DNA of 56,145 nucleotides from a virus (Duplodnaviria; Caudoviricetes): IMG/VR virus record IMGVR_UViG_3300048858_000111, positions 1 to 56,145 of that record; one strand, 5' to 3'. Shown piece by piece: positions 50,720 to 56,145 of this stretch (position 1 is its first letter; each line of letters starts with the position of its first letter). The notes under the pieces were generated by a model. It saw only the letters and a program-made list of their open reading frames with translations, ran no database searches and was not told where the DNA came from. The position numbers and the translations under genes were made by a program.

Positions 50720-52206
50720 CAGCCGGCACCCTCACGCGGACCCCCGCGCAGGCGCGCTACGCGACGCCGGCGACACCGGGCGCGAAGAACGACGGCAAGC
50801 GCATCGGACTGATCGCGTGCGGCATGGGGAAGCCGTTCATGCCGTGGCAATCGCAGGTCACCACCGCGGCCACCGAGCGCGACGCCTTCGGCCGGCTGCG
50901 CTACGAGATCGTGCTAGTCACCGTCCCCCGCCAGTCGGGGAAAACGACGCTGGTCGGGCCGGTGCAGATCGATCGATGCGTGACCAACCCCGACGTGAAG
51001 ACGTTCTACACCGCGCAGACCGGCAAGGATGCTCGCTCGCGGTTCAGTGACCTCGTGACGCTCGTGAAGCGATCGCCGCTCGAGAGCATGGTGACGTTCC
51101 GGTACTCCGCCGGCGACGAGGGCATAGCTTTCCCGAACGGGTCGAAGCTAAAGATCTTTGCGCCCACCGAGAGCGCCATTCACGGCGAGACGCCGCCCCT
51201 CGTGACGTTTGACGAGATCTGGGAGTATGACGAGGCGCTGGGCGACGCGATGCTCGAGGACGCCGTGTTCCCGGCGCAGATCACCCTCGGCGGCAACCGG
51301 CAGGTGTGGATGATCTCGACCGCCGGCACCGCCCTCTCGACGTTCATGAAAAAGTGGGTCGACCGCGGCCGCAAGCAGGTCGAGGCGCAGCTGCGCGGCG
51401 AGGTCGGCCAATACCCGAAGCTCGCCTACTTCGAGTGGTCGATGCCCGAGGGTGCTGACCCGTACAACCGCGACGTGCTCGCCGGCTTTCACCCGGCGGT
51501 CGGGTTCACGATCACCGTCGACGACCTGCTGCAAGCGTCGAAGAACACGAGCCGGCCGAAGTGGCTGCGATCGTTCTGCAACGTCTGGACCGAGGCCGCG
51601 AACACGGTTATGCCGCTCGAGGCATGGGATGCCCTCGCGCACGATCCGGTCTATGTGCCGCTTCGCTCCGAGATCGTAGTGACATACGAGGTCGCCCCCG
51701 ACAACGAGAGCGCCGCCGTCATGGCGACGTGGCGCGACCTCGACCCGGATTCCGACACGTTCGGCGAGCTGTTCACCCGCGTGCTGCACGCAGCTCCCGG
51801 CACGCTGTGGCTCGTCGACCTACTCGTGCTGATCTACACCGAGTGGAAGCCGCTTGCGCTCGGAGCCGACGACGGCGGCGAGACGCGCGCGATCACTGAC
51901 GAGCTGCGCCGGCGGCTCGGCGACGAGGACCGCACGAAGGTCCGCACGATCTCGGCGACCGACTTCGGCACCGCGTGCGTGCAGTGGCTCAACCTCGCCC
52001 GCGACGAGAAGGCGCTGAACCACGACGGCTCGAGGTCGCTGCGGTTCGCGATCGCCTCGCTCGTGCTGCGCAAGTACGGCGACCTCACCCGATTCAGCCG
52101 CACACACTCAACCGGCTCGATCGCCTCCGCGATCGCCTCGGCGGTCGGAATGTGGCTGTTCGACCACCAAGAAGAATCCCTCGGCAAGCCCGAAATTTAC
52201 ATCTAG
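50716..52206 (+). CDS. terL: Terminase large subunit
   Basis: MPWQ, VPRQSGKTT, VTFDE, STAG. Confidence 0.9.
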   Translation: MTAGTLTRTPAQARYATPATPGAKNDGKRIGLIACGMGKPFMPWQSQVTTAATERDAFGRLRYEIVLVTVPRQSGKTTLVGPVQIDRCVTNPDVKTFYTAQTGKDARSRFSDLVTLVKRSPLESMVTFRYSAGDEGIAFPNGSKLKIFAPTESAIHGETPPLVTFDEIWEYDEALGDAMLEDAVFPAQITLGGNRQVWMISTAGTALSTFMKKWVDRGRKQVEAQLRGEVGQYPKLAYFEWSMPEGADPYNRDVLAGFHPAVGFTITVDDLLQASKNTSRPKWLRSFCNVWTEAANTVMPLEAWDALAHDPVYVPLRSEIVVTYEVAPDNESAAVMATWRDLDPDSDTFGELFTRVLHAAPGTLWLVDLLVLIYTEWKPLALGADDGGETRAITDELRRRLGDEDRTKVRTISATDFGTACVQWLNLARDEKALNHDGSRSLRFAIASLVLRKYGDLTRFSRTHSTGSIASAIASAVGMWLFDHQEESLGKPEIYI

Positions 52207-52213
52207 GAGCACC

Positions 52214-52384
52214 GTGATAAAACTCGACTTCACCCAGATAAGCGTGGTTGTGACGTGCTCGCTCTGCCCCTGGTGGCGCGGCTTCGGATTCGATCGAGCT
52301 GACGGGTGGGCGACGGGCGCGCGGCACGAGGCGAACGTGCACCCGGAGTGCCAGCAGGCGCGGGATGCAGCACGCAAGTCGTAG
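52214..52384 (+). CDS. 56-aa C2H2-type zinc-finger protein (not in ORF track)
   Basis: AGGAG RBS; CSLC...HEANVH. Confidence 0.7.
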   Translation: MIKLDFTQISVVVTCSLCPWWRGFGFDRADGWATGARHEANVHPECQQARDAARKS

Positions 52385-52405
52385 TCGCATTTTCGACAGT
52401 CCGGA

Positions 52406-53569
52406 GTGGGGCTGACGATTCTCGACGTGAAGGTACTCGATCGACTCGCCGCCGCCGTAGGGTACGCGCCCCTCGCCGTGAGCCTTGCCGCCGAGCAGTA
52501 CGCCTCACCGTGGGCCGACGCTTCACACCTCGAGACGATCGCTCTCAACGACCTGTTCGGGTTCGCCGAGAGCATCCGGGTTAGCCGGCTACGCGCGATG
52601 CAGGTGCCGACCCTCGCCGCTGCGCGCCACACCATCGTGAACACCGCCGGCCGGCTCCCGCTGTTCGCCGAGAAGAACAACGTTCGCGGCGTCACCCCCG
52701 CGTTCGGGAACCTGAGCCAATTCGAGCGTGGCGTGCCCCGAGCAACGACGCTCGGCAACATCTACGACGCGCTGTTCTGGTATCCCTGCACCTGGCTGCA
52801 CGTGCTCGAGCGCGACGCCTACGGGTGGCCCCGCTGGGCCGAGTGGGTGCGCGACGGCCGCGCCACACGCGACAGCGACGGCAACCTCGCCGCCGTCGAC
52901 GACAAGCCGGTGAACCCGGCTGACGTTATCCGCATCGACTCACCCCTGGGCTCGGGAATCCTCGTCAACGCCGAGCGCACCATCAAGCGATCGATCGCGA
53001 TCGAGGAAGCCGCCGCCCTCGCCGAAGACAACCCGGTGCCCACGATCGAGCTGCACAACGAGGGCGACAAGCTCACGAAGCAGGAGATCGCCGACCTGAT
53101 GGACGTGTGGCAAGCATCGCGCCGCAAGCGCGGCGTCGCCTACACGTCGAAGGGCATCAAGGCGATCCCCCACGGAGCGCAGCAGTCACAGCTTCTCGTC
53201 GAGGGTCGCAAGGCGCTGAACCTCGATCTGATCCGGCACGCGAACGTTCCCGCGTGGGCGGCATCCGCAGCGAACGAGGGCGCGACGATGAGCTACGAGA
53301 ACCGCGGCTCGCGGAACTGGGAGCTGATCGACCTGACGCTCTCGGCCTACTTCACCGCGTTCGCCGGCCGTCTCTCGCTCCCCGACGTGACGCCCCTCGG
53401 GTGGACGGTCAAGGTCGACACCGACGAGCTGACGAAGCCCGATCAGAAGACCCGGTTTGAGACGTACAAGGCCGGCAAAGAGGGCGGCTTCATCGACAAC
53501 GCATGGATCGCCGAGCAAGAGGGCTGGGAACGTGTGCCGGCCGAGAAGACCAAGGAGCCCAACGCATGA
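52406..53569 (+). CDS. Portal protein (HK97-like)
   Basis: AMQVP.LA.A...I, NVPAW, SYEN, V..D.DEL...D.KTR.E. Confidence 0.85.
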   Translation: MGLTILDVKVLDRLAAAVGYAPLAVSLAAEQYASPWADASHLETIALNDLFGFAESIRVSRLRAMQVPTLAAARHTIVNTAGRLPLFAEKNNVRGVTPAFGNLSQFERGVPRATTLGNIYDALFWYPCTWLHVLERDAYGWPRWAEWVRDGRATRDSDGNLAAVDDKPVNPADVIRIDSPLGSGILVNAERTIKRSIAIEEAAALAEDNPVPTIELHNEGDKLTKQEIADLMDVWQASRRKRGVAYTSKGIKAIPHGAQQSQLLVEGRKALNLDLIRHANVPAWAASAANEGATMSYENRGSRNWELIDLTLSAYFTAFAGRLSLPDVTPLGWTVKVDTDELTKPDQKTRFETYKAGKEGGFIDNAWIAEQEGWERVPAEKTKEPNA

Positions 53570-55344
53570 CCCCCGCACAGCTCGCCGCGCTGCTCGCCGC
53601 CGGCCTCATCGACTCCGCGCAGTACACCGCAGCGCTCGCCACCCGCACGCCCGCCGGCCTCATCGAGACGCGCCCCGTTCTCGACGTGCAGATCAACGCC
53701 GGCGCGGTCCGCCTCGCCGAGCCCCTGCCCGACGCCGAGGAGGGCGACGCCGACGAGAGCGACGCCGCCGGCACCCGCGAGCTGACCGGCACCGTGTGCG
53801 TGTACGAGCAGCTCGTGCCCTCGCACGGCATGATCCTCCACACCGGAGCGCTCGAGCCGCGCATGCCGCTCGAGCGGGTCAAGATGCTGCGCGACCACAA
53901 CCACTCCGACCCGGTCGGCTACATGACCGCCCTAGACCTGAAGAGCCTCGAGGCGACGTTCTACATCCCGCCGGGCGAGAACGGCGACCGCGCCCTGCTC
54001 GAGGCATCGCCGGAGCAGAAGCTCCGCGATGGGCTGTCGGTCGGATTCAGCGTCATTGAGTACGAGTTCGACGAGGACTGGACGATGCACGTCCACCGCG
54101 CCGAGCTGTACGAAGTCTCCCTCTGCGCCATTCCCGCCATCGCCGATGCCGGGGTCACAAGCGTTGCCGCCGCCCTGGCAACACACCGAAAGGACAACAC
54201 CACCATGAACCGAGCCCAGCTCGCGGCGGCACTCGCAGCCGGCACCATCACTCAGGAGCAGCACGACGCGGCGCTCGCCACGCTCGACCTGCTCGCCGGC
54301 TCGCCGGCACCCACCCAGGCCGCAGCAGCGGCCGTCCCCGCCGAGGTCGCCGCCGGCCCGCAGCAGCAGCTCGCCGCCGGCCCGGTCGGACAGCCGGCCC
54401 CCACCCCCGGCATGCAGGTCGCCGACAGGCAGCTCAGCCTCCGCGAGGTCACCCGCCGAGTCGCCGCCGCCGCCAACACCGGCGACGTCGCCGCGGTCGC
54501 CCTTGCGCTCGCTGACATCATCCCGGCGAACGACGCCGGCGAGGGGTTCGTCGAGCGGCCCGAGTGGCTCGACGAGCTGTTCACCGCCTCGCAGACCGAA
54601 CGCCCCTACATCGACGCGATCGGCACCCCGCAGCCGCTCACCGCCCTGCGCGCGAAGGGCTGGCGCTGGGACGAGACGCCCGAGGTCGAGGAGTACGACG
54701 GCAACAAGGAGGAGGTGCCCACCGGCCCGGCGAGCACCGCAGCTGACGAGTACCGTGCGTTCCGCGTCGCGGCCGGCTGGGATATCGACCGTGCCTACGT
54801 CGACTTCGGAGACGAGACGTTCCTGTCGAAGTTCTGGGAGCACGTGGGCCGCGACTACCAGATCAAGTCCGAGGCCGGCATCCGCTCTCGCGTGCTGGCG
54901 CTCAAGGCCAACGCCGCCGGCACCGTGACCGCCGGCGGCGTCAAGGCCGTGCTGAAGCAGGCGATCCGCGACGGCCGCGCCGTGCCCGACGCCGGCGTGA
55001 AGATCAACCGAATCTTCCTCGCGTCGAACCTGTTCGAGGAGCTGGAAGACCTCGACACCGAGCACCTGCCGCTGTGGCTGAAGAACGCCACTCTCGGCAT
55101 GAGCATCGCCGACGGCACCGCGAACGCCGGCGATCTCCGCATCGCGCTCGACTCCAAGCTCGCCGCCGGCGAGTTCGTCGCGTTCGACAACCGCGGCCTG
55201 AAGGTGCGCGAGAAGCAGATCCCGCAGATCCGCGCGCTCGACGTGGCGCACATGGGTATCGACCTCGGGTTCATCAGCTACCTGCGGCTCGACGACGAGG
55301 ACCCGCGCCTCATCTTCCGCCGCAAGTACGTCCCCGCCGCGTGA
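53566..55344 (+). CDS. Prohead protease-major capsid fusion
   Basis: LRDH, DGLSVGF, LYEVSL..IPA..DA.V protease motifs followed by capsid-sized domain. Confidence 0.88.
   Translation: MTPAQLAALLAAGLIDSAQYTAALATRTPAGLIETRPVLDVQINAGAVRLAEPLPDAEEGDADESDAAGTRELTGTVCVYEQLVPSHGMILHTGALEPRMPLERVKMLRDHNHSDPVGYMTALDLKSLEATFYIPPGENGDRALLEASPEQKLRDGLSVGFSVIEYEFDEDWTMHVHRAELYEVSLCAIPAIADAGVTSVAAALATHRKDNTTMNRAQLAAALAAGTITQEQHDAALATLDLLAGSPAPTQAAAAAVPAEVAAGPQQQLAAGPVGQPAPTPGMQVADRQLSLREVTRRVAAAANTGDVAAVALALADIIPANDAGEGFVERPEWLDELFTASQTERPYIDAIGTPQPLTALRAKGWRWDETPEVEEYDGNKEEVPTGPASTAADEYRAFRVAAGWDIDRAYVDFGDETFLSKFWEHVGRDYQIKSEAGIRSRVLALKANAAGTVTAGGVKAVLKQAIRDGRAVPDAGVKINRIFLASNLFEELEDLDTEHLPLWLKNATLGMSIADGTANAGDLRIALDSKLAAGEFVAFDNRGLKVREKQIPQIRALDVAHMGIDLGFISYLRLDDEDPRLIFRRKYVPAA
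54205..55344 (+). CDS. In-frame internal-start product: scaffold/capsid without protease
   Basis: GAAAGGA (54188-54194) then ATG 54205 right after the protease domain. Confidence 0.65.
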   Translation: MNRAQLAAALAAGTITQEQHDAALATLDLLAGSPAPTQAAAAAVPAEVAAGPQQQLAAGPVGQPAPTPGMQVADRQLSLREVTRRVAAAANTGDVAAVALALADIIPANDAGEGFVERPEWLDELFTASQTERPYIDAIGTPQPLTALRAKGWRWDETPEVEEYDGNKEEVPTGPASTAADEYRAFRVAAGWDIDRAYVDFGDETFLSKFWEHVGRDYQIKSEAGIRSRVLALKANAAGTVTAGGVKAVLKQAIRDGRAVPDAGVKINRIFLASNLFEELEDLDTEHLPLWLKNATLGMSIADGTANAGDLRIALDSKLAAGEFVAFDNRGLKVREKQIPQIRALDVAHMGIDLGFISYLRLDDEDPRLIFRRKYVPAA

Positions 55345-55350
55345 CCCACG

Positions 55351-55381
55351 CCGGGCCGCGCTTTCGCACAGCGCGGCCCGG
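55351..55381 (+). terminator. 12-bp hairpin after capsid gene
   Basis: CCGGGCCGCGCT-ttcgcac-AGCGCGGCCCGG; no U tract. Confidence 0.5.
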
Positions 55382-55409
55382 TGCCCCACCCCTCGAGACA
55401 GGAGCAGCC

Positions 55410-55772
55410 GTGGCCGGCAAGTGGTACACCGCTCAGAGCGCGAAGATCGCCGATCGCAACCTCAGCACGTTCGACACCGACGCGCTCGAGCAGATCGCCG
55501 CAGCAGCGCGCAACCAGGTCATCAGCCTGCCGCCGCTCCCGCCGGCGCTGCTCCCCGGCGAGACGCTCCCCGTGCTCGGCCCCGAGGAGATCTACGATCA
55601 CTGGGCGCTCGGGCATCTGATGCAGATCCAGGCGCTCGTGAAGGCGCAGAAGACCGGCGGCGGCGACACCACCGGGCCCGAGGGATACACCGTGCGGGTG
55701 TACCCGATGGACTGGACCATCAAGGCCGTGCTGCGCCCCCTGACCGTCTCGCCTGACACGCTGGTCGGCTGA
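55410..55772 (+). CDS. Head-to-tail adaptor
   Basis: AGGAG RBS; G.EGY.VRV.PMDW.IK..LRP; position. Confidence 0.68.
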   Translation: MAGKWYTAQSAKIADRNLSTFDTDALEQIAAAARNQVISLPPLPPALLPGETLPVLGPEEIYDHWALGHLMQIQALVKAQKTGGGDTTGPEGYTVRVYPMDWTIKAVLRPLTVSPDTLVG

Positions 55773-55773
55773 C

Positions 55774-56145
55774 GTGACGACGACCCGTAAGCAGCTCGCC
55801 GACGCGATCCGCGATCTGCTCCCCGACACCTACCTCGTCGTGCACTACCCCACCGCGTTCAACGGCGGCATCGGCAACGCGAACGACGGCACCCTCGTCA
55901 TCGAGCGCCGCAGCGTCAACCCGGCGAACACGGCCGGCAGCTATGACGAGGGATTCAACGTGTGGGTGCTCGTCGGAGTCGAAGACGAGGAGGCCGCAGA
56001 AGACGCCCTCGACGCCGCGCTCGTGGTGGCGCTGGGCGCGCTCGCGCGCGTCGACTGGTGCACCAACCCCACAGCCACCCGAGCCATGTACGGCGACCTC
56101 CACGGTTACCGGCTCGAGATCACGATCAAGACCACGAAGGAGTAA
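55774..56145 (+). CDS. Tail terminator-like protein
   Basis: R.QLA.AI, AEDALD..L; position after adaptor. Confidence 0.6.
   Translation: MTTTRKQLADAIRDLLPDTYLVVHYPTAFNGGIGNANDGTLVIERRSVNPANTAGSYDEGFNVWVLVGVEDEEAAEDALDAALVVALGALARVDWCTNPTATRAMYGDLHGYRLEITIKTTKE

Larger units (their letters stand above)
47761..56145. mobile_element. Prophage 2: compact phage or satellite, truncated by window end
   Basis: Own repressor, Cro/Xis, Rep, HNH, TerS, TerL, portal, protease-capsid fusion and connectors within 8.4 kb. Confidence 0.9.

Overview
Very GC-rich actinobacterial DNA (probably Microbacteriaceae, inferred from gene content) holding two prophages in tandem. Prophage 1 (about 1-47797) is an apparently complete temperate siphovirus. 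It carries a tyrosine integrase, an ImmA/ImmR-type switch, recombination and replication genes (RuvC-like, YqaJ, AAA recombinase, Rep, loader, DnaB), accessory genes, a packaging/head/tail operon with a -1 frameshifted tail chaperone, a two-endolysin lysis cassette and right-end morons. It ends at a 37-bp tRNA 3'-half (47761-47797, probably tRNA-Lys) preceded by arm-type sites that recur at the integrase 3' end. Prophage 2 (47761 to beyond the window) is a compact element with repressor, Cro/Xis, Rep with iterons, HNH, TerS/TerL, portal and a protease-capsid fusion. Main observations: (1) the prophage 2 repressor reads through the att core and its C-terminus appears rewritten by prophage 1; (2) two different endolysin enzymes share a paralogous C-terminal domain that can also be made alone from an internal RBS/ATG; (3) a small operon of two hydrophobic peptides plus an HTH has type I toxin-antitoxin-like architecture and is missed by the ORF track; (4) a duplicated SHOCT-like motif starts both products of the protease-capsid gene; (5) both prophages share a 78%-identical zinc-finger gene. 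All functional calls are from motif recognition by eye; no database searches were run.
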